Positions 27,948 to 36,929 of a stretch of 64,000 nt of DNA are shown here, piece by piece. The translations under genes were made by a program, and so were the position numbers. Below the pieces are notes generated by a model. It saw only the letters and a program-made list of their open reading frames with translations. It searched no databases and was not told where the DNA came from. How positions within the stretch are numbered: the stretch's first letter is position 1; the number at the start of each line of letters is the position of its first letter. The DNA comes from an uncultured Ignavibacteriaceae bacterium (GTDB lineage Bacteria; Bacteroidota; Ignavibacteria; Ignavibacteriales; Ignavibacteriaceae): positions 15,068 through 79,067 of the forward strand of contig CAYJPN010000014.1 of NCBI GenBank assembly GCA_964372115.1, read 5' to 3'.

Positions 27948-29969
27948 GTGCGAACAATTATTTACTTTCTATTCCTCCTAACTATTTTAAATTCAACTTC
28001 GGTTGCTCAATGGTCATCCGATCCTTCAGTTAATTTAACTATCTGCGATACTACAGGCGAACAAGCACTCGCTAAAATAGCATCAACCGATGATGGATAT
28101 ACTTATATATCATGGTTCGATGACCGCAACGGTAGTTATGCCGTGTATCTTCAGCGGCTCGATCTTGCGGGAAATAAAACTTGGGCAAATGATGGATTGC
28201 TCGTTAGCGATAACCCGCAGTCTTCTTCACTGGTGAATTATGATTTATTAGCCGACGCGGAAGGCAATGCGGTTGTTGTTTTTACTGATACCCGGAATAA
28301 TGGCGTCCTAAATGTATTCGCATATCGCATAAGTCCATCCGGCAATTTTTTATGGGGTGCTGATGGCGTTAGTTTATCAACCAGTGCTGATTTTCAAGCT
28401 AACCCGGTTGTAACACAAACTACCGACGGCAATTTTGTTGTTGCATGGATACTCGCCGTATCACCTAACAAAGTAGCATTGCAAAAACTTTCACCAGCCG
28501 GAAATAAACTCTGGGGAACTGATCCAATCTATTTATTTAATGGAACTGTAGGTTATAATTATCCTGTGGTAGTTCCAAGCGATAGCAATTCGGTAATAGT
28601 AATGCATACAAATGTTACAGGAAATTTTCCCGCACAAACAGTAAAACTTGGGGCAACCAAAGTTGATGAAAACGGTATCGTTAGCTGGAATGTTGATATT
28701 CAAACACAAGGCAGGATTGCTGCTTTTTCAGTTCCAAAAGTTATTTCGGATAAAAAAAATGGAGCTATAATTGCGTGGCATGATGATAGAAACAGCGATA
28801 ATCTTCAAAGCGCGTTTGCTCAGAGAATTTCATCAGCCGGTTTAATTTATTTTCCTGAAAATGGCACCGAATTATCTTTAACAGCAGGCGAACATAAATT
28901 TAATCCAGTTCCTGCTTTCGATTCAATTAACGATGAGCTTTATTTATTCTGGGTAGAAACAAATTCAAATCAATCTGCCAATGGAATATCGGGACAGAAA
29001 CTTTCGTTAAACGGTGAAAGACAATGGACAGACAACGGCAAAATATTTAAACCTCTTTCCTCCCCTAATACTACTTCAATTTCCAGTGTAAATGTTCAAT
29101 ACGGTGGAGGACAGGCTGGTGTATTTTATCTTGAGGGTAACGCCGGCGGCATGAATTCTATCACCGAGGGTTTTGCATGTAATACTTTAGGTGATTTTGT
29201 TTGGACCGGAAACTTTGTTACTCTTTCCAATGCAACCACACAAAAACTTCAAATGGTTTCTACAATTGATCCTTTTAATAATTGCAATCTTGCATGGGGT
29301 GATGATAGAACAGGCTCCGAAGGTATTTATGCTCAGGACATCAATCCCGATGGGCAGCTTGGTAATCCTGCAGTTCCGGTAGAATTAAGCTCGTTTAATG
29401 CGAATGTAAACGGAGATAATGTTGAGTTGATCTGGACTACAGCAAGCGAAACAAATAACAATGGTTTTCAAGTAGAGAGGTCAATTAAAAATTATCAATT
29501 AAAAATTAAAAGTTTTGAGACTGTTGGTTTTGTAACCGGTAATGGTACATCAACAGAGTTAAATTATTATTCATTTAAAGATGAAGATTTATCCGCAGGA
29601 AAATACATCTATCGTTTAAAGCAGATTGATTACGACGGCAGCTTTGAGTACTCGAATGAAATTGAAGTTGATGTTAATGTTGTTGATGAGTTTATGCTTT
29701 ATCAAAATTATCCGAATCCGTTTAACCCAACGACAAAAATAAAATATTCAATTCCTTCTGTAGAGACGCACAGCAGTGCGTCTGTACAATTAAAAATTTA
29801 CGATGTGCTTGGTAATGAAGTGGCTGTGCTTGTAAATGAGCAGCAGGCGCCGGGTGAATATGAAATAGAATTTGATGCGGCGAAGTACAATTTATCGAGC
29901 GGAGTTTATTACTACAGTTTAACATCCGGTGATTTTGTACAGACTAAAAAAATGGCAATCATTAAATAA
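27948..29969 (+). CDS. T9SS cargo paralog 1: repeat-rich (propeller-like) N-region plus the shared pre-CTD module and T9SS CTD
   Basis: GTG start and signal peptide. The C-terminal 200 aa (VPVELSSFNA...WTTASETNNNGFQVER...VGFV.GNGTSTELN.YSF.DE.LSAGKYIYRLKQIDYDGSFEYSNEIEVDVN..YQNYPNPFNPTTKIKYSIP...) are shared with the next two genes. Confidence 0.8.
   Translation: MRTIIYFLFLLTILNSTSVAQWSSDPSVNLTICDTTGEQALAKIASTDDGYTYISWFDDRNGSYAVYLQRLDLAGNKTWANDGLLVSDNPQSSSLVNYDLLADAEGNAVVVFTDTRNNGVLNVFAYRISPSGNFLWGADGVSLSTSADFQANPVVTQTTDGNFVVAWILAVSPNKVALQKLSPAGNKLWGTDPIYLFNGTVGYNYPVVVPSDSNSVIVMHTNVTGNFPAQTVKLGATKVDENGIVSWNVDIQTQGRIAAFSVPKVISDKKNGAIIAWHDDRNSDNLQSAFAQRISSAGLIYFPENGTELSLTAGEHKFNPVPAFDSINDELYLFWVETNSNQSANGISGQKLSLNGERQWTDNGKIFKPLSSPNTTSISSVNVQYGGGQAGVFYLEGNAGGMNSITEGFACNTLGDFVWTGNFVTLSNATTQKLQMVSTIDPFNNCNLAWGDDRTGSEGIYAQDINPDGQLGNPAVPVELSSFNANVNGDNVELIWTTASETNNNGFQVERSIKNYQLKIKSFETVGFVTGNGTSTELNYYSFKDEDLSAGKYIYRLKQIDYDGSFEYSNEIEVDVNVVDEFMLYQNYPNPFNPTTKIKYSIPSVETHSSASVQLKIYDVLGNEVAVLVNEQQAPGEYEIEFDAAKYNLSSGVYYYSLTSGDFVQTKKMAIIK
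29376..29969 (+). repeat. Shared C-terminal module, copy 1 (direct repeat of about 600 bp)
   Basis: Nucleotide-level similarity to 31167-31769 and 33021-33644 is obvious by eye over most of the length, apart from two cassette sites. Confidence 0.85.
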
Positions 29970-29996
29970 ATTACAAATGAATATATAAAGGTTTGT

Positions 29997-31769
29997 ATGA
30001 AAACCGTGCTTCTTCTTTTTGTTTTGTTATTGAATGTTGAAATAAATGCACAACCATTTTTTTTCAATTATCGCTTAAAAAGTAACTATAGTTATAATTA
30101 TAATTACGAAGAACTGGATAATGCTTTTCCTAGTACTGCAACTGGAGATGACAACACCGAAGTTCTTAATCTGCCATTTCAGTTTAATTATTGTGGAATT
30201 GATTATTCGACGATTAAAGTTTCTACCAATGGCTGGATACAATTCGGGGCAACTTATAACGAACCCGGTTTTGAAAATAATCTTGCCGATCCCCAATACA
30301 AAAATTTTATCTGTCCTTTATGGGATGATTTAATTGTTGATGGCTCAGCAAGCATTAGTTATACAACTGAAGGCGCTTACCCTGCCCGATATTTCAAAAT
30401 TCAATGGAAAAATGTTAAATGGAAAAATTCGAATAATCGAAAAAGTTTTCAGTTGTGGTTATTAGAGTATGATAATAGTATAACTTTCTTTTATGGTCCT
30501 TCTTCGGGCAACAGTCCTATTAGCAGTTCTATTGGCATTACAAATGATATAGGGGGTATTAATAATTTTATCAGCGTAAATCTATTACAGCCTTTACCGA
30601 CATTTCTTACATTGTCCGATACAACTTCATTCATAATTTCGTCTCTTGATTTAATACCTGCAGATAATTTGATGGAAACATTTATCTATCCGCCGAATAC
30701 AAATGATCTGAGTTCAAAACTATACCAGGTGCCAGATACACTTTCCCCGGGAGAAGAAAATCAAATTATATTTTCTATTCTTCACTTTAGTCACTCAGGC
30801 TTAGTTCTAACGCCCCGATGGATGGAAGCATTAAAATTTAACACTTATGGTACTACAAATACTGCCGACATTTTACGAGCTAAGCTCTACAATACGGGAC
30901 GCAGCCCTCATTTCAACACAAATCATCAAATGGGTTCAACAGTTGAAAATCCCGGGAATGTATTTGAAATAGGAAATCTATATCAAGCATATTTTGGTTA
31001 TGTTTATGTGACATATTATTGGTTGGTGTTTGATATTTCGCCCGGCGCTCAACCCGGAAATATAATTGATGCAACATGTACAAAAATTGAAGCCCCACAT
31101 CCCTTTTATTATGGAATACCTGATTCATCACTTTCATCAGGTCATCATGTAATTGGTTATCCACTACCTGTAGAATTAGCATCCTTCTCCGCCGAATGTA
31201 ATGATAATGATGTTATGCTTTCATGGACGACTGCGAGCGAAACTAACAACAAGGGATTCCAAGTAGAAAGGAGAAAGGCTAAAGTAGAAAGTAATGGTGG
31301 GGATGTAGAAAGTTTTGAGTCTGTCGGTTTTGTAAACGGTAACGGAACATCGACAGAGTTAAATCATTACTCATTTACAGATGAAAATTTATCTGCAGGT
31401 AAATATATCTACCGTTTAAAACAAATTGATTACGACGGCAGCTTTGAATACTCCAATGAAATTGAAATTGATGTTAATGTTGTTAATGAATTTATGCTTT
31501 TTCAGAATTATCCAAATCCGTTTAATCCATCGACTAAAATTAAGTATTCAATTCCTTTGGAAGTCAAGGGTCAATCGTCAATCGTCAATCTTAAAATATT
31601 TGATGTACTCGGTAATGAAGTTGCGGTGCTTGTTAATGAAGCGCGGACGCCGGGAGAATATGAAATAGAAATTGATGCGGCGAAGTATAATTTATCGAGC
31701 GGTGTTTATTACTACACCTTAACATCCGGCAGTTTTAAGCAGACAAAAAAAATGGCAATCATTAAATAA
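29997..31769 (+). CDS. T9SS cargo paralog 2: unique N-region plus the shared module and CTD
   Basis: Signal peptide MKTVLLLFVLLLNVEINAQ. Same C-terminal module. Only 27 nt of spacer to each neighbouring paralog. Confidence 0.8.
   Translation: MKTVLLLFVLLLNVEINAQPFFFNYRLKSNYSYNYNYEELDNAFPSTATGDDNTEVLNLPFQFNYCGIDYSTIKVSTNGWIQFGATYNEPGFENNLADPQYKNFICPLWDDLIVDGSASISYTTEGAYPARYFKIQWKNVKWKNSNNRKSFQLWLLEYDNSITFFYGPSSGNSPISSSIGITNDIGGINNFISVNLLQPLPTFLTLSDTTSFIISSLDLIPADNLMETFIYPPNTNDLSSKLYQVPDTLSPGEENQIIFSILHFSHSGLVLTPRWMEALKFNTYGTTNTADILRAKLYNTGRSPHFNTNHQMGSTVENPGNVFEIGNLYQAYFGYVYVTYYWLVFDISPGAQPGNIIDATCTKIEAPHPFYYGIPDSSLSSGHHVIGYPLPVELASFSAECNDNDVMLSWTTASETNNKGFQVERRKAKVESNGGDVESFESVGFVNGNGTSTELNHYSFTDENLSAGKYIYRLKQIDYDGSFEYSNEIEIDVNVVNEFMLFQNYPNPFNPSTKIKYSIPLEVKGQSSIVNLKIFDVLGNEVAVLVNEARTPGEYEIEIDAAKYNLSSGVYYYTLTSGSFKQTKKMAIIK
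31167..31769 (+). repeat. Shared C-terminal module, copy 2
   Basis: See copy 1. Confidence 0.85.
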
Positions 31770-31796
31770 AATTTACAATTAACGTGAGAAATTCTT

Positions 31797-33644
31797 ATGA
31801 AAACTTTTTTTACTCTCTTTACAATATTAGCAATATCGTTTACTGCTAATGCTCAATGGTTTGAAGTTAAAACTATTATGAAAAAGATTTTCCTAATAGT
31901 CCTTATTTTATTATCAATAAATATTGAAGTTGATGCACAACCAGAAAAAGCCTTCGACCCAATGACAGCCTCTGGAGCCAGGGGTATTCGAAACTACGCT
32001 CATGAATTATATTGGGCTAATCCGATTGATGTTAACTATAATGAAATTTTTTTTAGTTCAGATTCTACCGATGTAATTAATCAGACTACGGAGGCATTAA
32101 TCTTGAATGGTTTTCCGCATACAGTTTTCAATTCAGTTGATTTGAGTTCTGTAGGAACACTTACTCCCGGGATAAAATATTATTGGCGTGTTGTTGAATA
32201 TGATTCTAATGGAAGTAATCTGGGCGATATCTGGTATTTCAAAACAAACGGCAACTACCCATATATGGATGAAAGTTTTTCAACTGGATTAACAAACTGG
32301 CAAATTGTCGGACCTTCGGGTTTAAGCAACTGGACAATTTCAAATAGTTCTTTCTCCGGGGGACAATCGCCGGAATTAAAATTTGATTCCTCGCCGCCAA
32401 TAAATGGATCATCATTTATTATGTATAAGAGTATTTTCCTAACGCATCCGAGTATTTCCTTTTTTAGTTTTAAACATTGTTTTCTTTGGGATTTAGGTTC
32501 ACCAACAATCGGGTGCGCGTATACTACTGACGAGGGATTTAGCTGGTCTTCTATCTGGGAAATCAATCCAAATGCTAATCTGGGACCTGAAACAATCGCC
32601 TTCAATTTACCTGATGAAAGCAACATGCAGATCGGTTTTTATTTTGTGGGCAATTCATTCAATACCGGTGAATGGTTCCTCGACGATATTATTATTGATA
32701 GTCCGTTATCCGGTCCTATTCCCCCCAGTCTTCTAAAAGCAAAAGCCGATACTTCAGAACTAAAAGTAAATTTGAGTTGGAATGCCGGCAGTTCTCCTGA
32801 TCCACCCCGGACATATAGGATTAAAAGGAAAACAGGTTTACCATTAAATAATAGTGACTATGCTACTTTGGCAACCGTTCCTCCAAACACATTAAATTAT
32901 TCTGACACATCTGTTCAATTGAACACCATTTATACTTACAGAGTTACCATCCTTTCCGGTCCGGGTCCTTCCGGCACTGCCTGGAGTAATGAAGCAACAG
33001 CATATGTTCCATCAGTTGTTCCTGTAGATCTTATAAATTTTTCTGCCGGTATCGAAAATAACAATGTAAGTTTAAACTGGATGACCGCATCCGAAACTAA
33101 CAACAAAGGTTTTCAAGTAGAGCGAGCCGCATCGTTTCCCTCTCCTTCGCAAGGAGAGGGTGTCCGGCAACAGCCGGACGGGAGAGGTTGGGAGATGGTC
33201 GGTTTTGTTAACGGTAACGGCACATCAACAGAGTTAAATCATTATTCTTTTAAAGATGAAAATTTATCCGCAGGCAAATACATCTATCGTTTAAAACAAA
33301 TTGATTTTGACGGCAGCTTCGAATACTCGAATGAAATTGAAGTTGATGTTAATGTTATTAATGAATTTGTGCTTTATCAGAATTATCCGAATCCGTTTAA
33401 TCCAACGACGAAGATTAAATATTCAATTCCTTCTGTAGAGACGCACAGCAGTGCGTCTGTACAATTAAAAATTTACGATGTGCTTGGAAATGAAGTGGCT
33501 GTGCTTGTTAATGAAACTCAAGCTCCGGGTGAATATGAAATTCAATTTGATGCTGACAAATACCGATTATCAAGTGGAGTCTATTTTTACAAACTGCAAT
33601 TTGAAAACTTCAGATCGGTAAAGAAACTATTATTTATGAAATAG
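31797..33644 (+). CDS. T9SS cargo paralog 3: FN3-like N-region plus the shared module and CTD. The true start may be the ATG at 31878.
   Basis: Two consecutive signal-peptide-like segments (residues 1-20 and 28-47). An FN3-like stretch (LKAKADTSELKVNLSWNAG...YRIKRK...YTYRVT). Same C-terminal module. Confidence 0.8.
   Translation: MKTFFTLFTILAISFTANAQWFEVKTIMKKIFLIVLILLSINIEVDAQPEKAFDPMTASGARGIRNYAHELYWANPIDVNYNEIFFSSDSTDVINQTTEALILNGFPHTVFNSVDLSSVGTLTPGIKYYWRVVEYDSNGSNLGDIWYFKTNGNYPYMDESFSTGLTNWQIVGPSGLSNWTISNSSFSGGQSPELKFDSSPPINGSSFIMYKSIFLTHPSISFFSFKHCFLWDLGSPTIGCAYTTDEGFSWSSIWEINPNANLGPETIAFNLPDESNMQIGFYFVGNSFNTGEWFLDDIIIDSPLSGPIPPSLLKAKADTSELKVNLSWNAGSSPDPPRTYRIKRKTGLPLNNSDYATLATVPPNTLNYSDTSVQLNTIYTYRVTILSGPGPSGTAWSNEATAYVPSVVPVDLINFSAGIENNNVSLNWMTASETNNKGFQVERAASFPSPSQGEGVRQQPDGRGWEMVGFVNGNGTSTELNHYSFKDENLSAGKYIYRLKQIDFDGSFEYSNEIEVDVNVINEFVLYQNYPNPFNPTTKIKYSIPSVETHSSASVQLKIYDVLGNEVAVLVNETQAPGEYEIQFDADKYRLSSGVYFYKLQFENFRSVKKLLFMK
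33021..33644 (+). repeat. Shared C-terminal module, copy 3
   Basis: See copy 1. It contains an extra in-frame insert at 33124-33195. Confidence 0.85.
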
Positions 33645-33798
33645 TCTGACACAGAATAACTTTAATCCTGAATATTTTTCCTTAAAAAATTTTAGCTTTT
33701 CGATTTGTTCGTTAGTTCTATTTTGATGTATTACGATTGGGATCTGTTTTCGTTGAGGTCCATATATCTTTAAATTATTAAAAATAAAGAAATCACTA

Positions 33799-36700
33799 AT
33801 GCGATTTTTGAGGTTAACTCTCTCCGTTTTGTTTCTCTCTTTTTTCTCTTCTATTGCTCAACAAACAATGGATTATTTAACCATTGATAATGGTCTTTCT
33901 CAAAATTATATCTTCACTATTTATCAGGATAAAAAAGGTTTTCTTTGGATCGGGACAAAAGACGGACTTAATCGTTTTGACGGATATGGCTTTAGATGTT
34001 ACAGGTTTAATCCATTTGACTCAACTTCATTATCCGGAAATAATGTCTCGGTTGTTTTTGAAGATTCAAAAGAACGATTATGGATTGGAACAAACGGCGG
34101 TGGGTTAAACCTTTTCAACCGATTTACAGAAACATTCAAACATTTTAAAGCGGGTCAAAATGAAACCTCTCTCAGCAGTAATTTTATTTCAACTTTATAT
34201 GAAAGCACAGATGGATTTATTTGGATCGGGACAAACGATGGCGGCTTAAACAGACTTGATGCATCCACCGATTCAGTTAAACAATTCACTTTTAACCGGG
34301 GTGATCCTTTTAGCATTAGTTCAAATTTTATATCAGGAATTAGCGAATCCAAAGATGGACTTCTATGGATTGCAACAGCTCAAGGCGGATTAAACCGGTA
34401 CGACAAAAAAAGTAATAAATTCTTTCACATATTACCTAATGATCAAAAAGGGTTGGAGTTGAAATATGAAAACGATGCTACTTCTCTCTTAGTCGACAAA
34501 GACGGTATGATCTGGTTCGGCTCCGCATCCGGATTAAACCTATATAATTCACAAACCGGTAAATTGCAGCGCTTTCCTATTAATGATTTGGAAGGGAGAC
34601 CATGCCTCATCAATAACATTATGGAAAGAGATGACAAATTATACATTACCTCGTTTCAAATATTTGCAGTATTTGATAAAGCAGATAAAAAATACACAAT
34701 ACTTTATGATCCGGTTGAGAAATGGTTTACTAATGCGGTGTGTAAAGATAAATCCGGTATTTTTTGGTTAGGAACAGGCGGTTGGGGAGTAATGAAGTAT
34801 AACCCGAATACTAAAATGTTTAATTCAACTTCGGGTGTTTTTTTGAAAGAAGTTTATCCGGTTGCAGTTGATGTGTTACAAAAAAAATATAGTATAATTA
34901 AACAATTACTTGAAGGTAGAGGAACAGAATTTTTGCCTATTCATAAAACAATTAAAGGTGATTTTCTGATTGCAACCCCGCGGATGGGTTTGATAGAAAT
35001 TGATGAAACCGGTAAATCATCTCAAAAGATCGATACAAACCCTCATGATGTTCCATCATACCCCGTTTGGGCAGTTAGTGATGTGTTTGAAGATAAAGAA
35101 GGGATCATTTGGATAGCCACTGTCGGGGGTTTAAGCCGTTTTGATGACAAAAAAAATAAATTTATCCATTATCGTCTTTATGATGATAAAAAGAAAAGTG
35201 CGGATTATTTGAACAAATCGGGGGCTGCCGGTTATTCCGATATTTCTGCAGTATGTGTTGATAGCGAAAATATTTTTTGGCTTGGTACTCCCGATAGAGG
35301 ATTAATACGTTTCGATTATATAAAACAATTGATTACTAATTATCATCAAAATAGTGTTGATAAAAAATCAATTAGCAACGATCATATCCTCTCTATTTTT
35401 GAAGATGAGCAAAACCCGGGATATTTGTGGATAGGCACTGAAGGGGGCGGACTTAATCATTTTCAAAAAGCAACGGGTCGCTGTGTACATATCACCACAG
35501 AAGATGGATTACCAAATAATGTTGTTTACGGAATTTTACCGGATGAAGCCGGCAATCTTTGGATAAGCACAAATAAAGGTATTAGCTGTTTTAATCCCAT
35601 TACAAAATCTTTTAAGAATTATGATGTGGAATCGGGACTTCAGAGCAACGAATTTAATAGAAAAGAATATTATCGTAGTCTGGACGGAAAGCTTTACTTC
35701 GGTGGTATACTTGGTTACAATGCTTTTTATCCAAAAAATATTCAGACAAACCGGAACAGACCACAAATTGTCATAACCGATTTTAAGTTGTTGAACAAAC
35801 ATGTGTCATATAAAGATGAACTATCTCCCTTAAAACAAGCGATTGAATCAACCAAAGAAATAATACTTGAGTATTCCCAAAACGTAATTACTTTTGAATA
35901 TGCCGCGCTCGAATACACAACGCCTAATCATAACACTTATCAGTACATACTTGAGGGATTCAATAGCGATTGGGTTCAAGCCGGAATAAAACGTGAAGCA
36001 ACTTTTACAAATCTTGATCCCGGGTCATATAAATTTCGTGTAAAAGGAGCAAACAGTGACGGTGTTTGGGGAACGGACGAAGCGTTTATAAAGCTTATCA
36101 TCCTTCCCCCTTACTATATGACTTGGTGGTTTAAGACTCTGGTTGTGCTTTTGGTTCTATTAACTGTCGGCTCAATAATACGATATGTTATTTACCGCAG
36201 AGTACGTGAAAGAATAATTAAATCGGAACATGAAGCAGCTATGGAGCGGGAACGATTAAGAATTGCCCGCGATCTGCATGATGAAATCGGTTCACGTTTA
36301 ACGGAATTAAGAATGATTAGCGAAATGGTTGCAGACAAAGATTTGCATGATTCCGAAGTAAAAAGAAAATTAATAGAGCTTTCAAACGCATCGGAAAATA
36401 TATCATCCACCTTTGGCGAAATAGTTTGGTCGCTCAATCCAAAGAATGATTCCCTTGAAGAGATGATAGCTTTTATAAGCCAGCAATCAACCGATTTTTT
36501 AAGCAAAGCTGATATAAGATGCAGGTTGGAATTGCCGGATACACTACCTAATTATATGGTAACTTCTGAAATTAGACATAACATCATTTTTACCGTTAAG
36601 GAATTGATGAATAATATTGTAAAGCATTCCGATGCATCTATTGTTCAACTCAATTTAACAATTAATGAGGTTGAATTGGTTTTTGAAGTTAAGGATAACG

Positions 36701-36864
36701 GCATTGGTTTTAACATCAATAATACAAGAAAATATGGTAACGGATTACAAAATATAAAATCCAGGATAGAAAGTATCGGCTGTACAATTTCAATTGATAG
36801 TAAAATTGATTTTGGAACTTTAACTAAAATTATTATTCCGGTAATCGTTTTGAAAGTTGTATAG
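33799..36864 (+). CDS. Sensor histidine kinase with periplasmic two-component-regulator propeller repeats, a Y_Y_Y domain, HisKA_3 and HATPase_c
   Basis: Repeated LWIGT..GGLN..D units, Y_Y_Y (YQYILEGFNSDW...PGSYKFRVKGANSDGVW), one TM segment, ERLRIARDLHDEIGSRLTEL (HisKA_3 H-box), KDNGIGF. Confidence 0.85.
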   Translation: MRFLRLTLSVLFLSFFSSIAQQTMDYLTIDNGLSQNYIFTIYQDKKGFLWIGTKDGLNRFDGYGFRCYRFNPFDSTSLSGNNVSVVFEDSKERLWIGTNGGGLNLFNRFTETFKHFKAGQNETSLSSNFISTLYESTDGFIWIGTNDGGLNRLDASTDSVKQFTFNRGDPFSISSNFISGISESKDGLLWIATAQGGLNRYDKKSNKFFHILPNDQKGLELKYENDATSLLVDKDGMIWFGSASGLNLYNSQTGKLQRFPINDLEGRPCLINNIMERDDKLYITSFQIFAVFDKADKKYTILYDPVEKWFTNAVCKDKSGIFWLGTGGWGVMKYNPNTKMFNSTSGVFLKEVYPVAVDVLQKKYSIIKQLLEGRGTEFLPIHKTIKGDFLIATPRMGLIEIDETGKSSQKIDTNPHDVPSYPVWAVSDVFEDKEGIIWIATVGGLSRFDDKKNKFIHYRLYDDKKKSADYLNKSGAAGYSDISAVCVDSENIFWLGTPDRGLIRFDYIKQLITNYHQNSVDKKSISNDHILSIFEDEQNPGYLWIGTEGGGLNHFQKATGRCVHITTEDGLPNNVVYGILPDEAGNLWISTNKGISCFNPITKSFKNYDVESGLQSNEFNRKEYYRSLDGKLYFGGILGYNAFYPKNIQTNRNRPQIVITDFKLLNKHVSYKDELSPLKQAIESTKEIILEYSQNVITFEYAALEYTTPNHNTYQYILEGFNSDWVQAGIKREATFTNLDPGSYKFRVKGANSDGVWGTDEAFIKLIILPPYYMTWWFKTLVVLLVLLTVGSIIRYVIYRRVRERIIKSEHEAAMERERLRIARDLHDEIGSRLTELRMISEMVADKDLHDSEVKRKLIELSNASENISSTFGEIVWSLNPKNDSLEEMIAFISQQSTDFLSKADIRCRLELPDTLPNYMVTSEIRHNIIFTVKELMNNIVKHSDASIVQLNLTINEVELVFEVKDNGIGFNINNTRKYGNGLQNIKSRIESIGCTISIDSKIDFGTLTKIIIPVIVLKVV

Positions 36865-36929
36865 CCATAATTGGTTATTTCCAGTCCCGATAATAAAAAC
36901 TATCTTTGAAGAAAAACATTAGGATTATT

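Noticed and set aside
27948-33644. Diversity-generating retroelement as the explanation for the variable cassettes in the cargo modules
   Set aside because: There is no reverse transcriptase and no template-repeat/variable-repeat pair with adenine-specific differences. The cassettes differ by whole-segment replacement and length, not by point substitutions.
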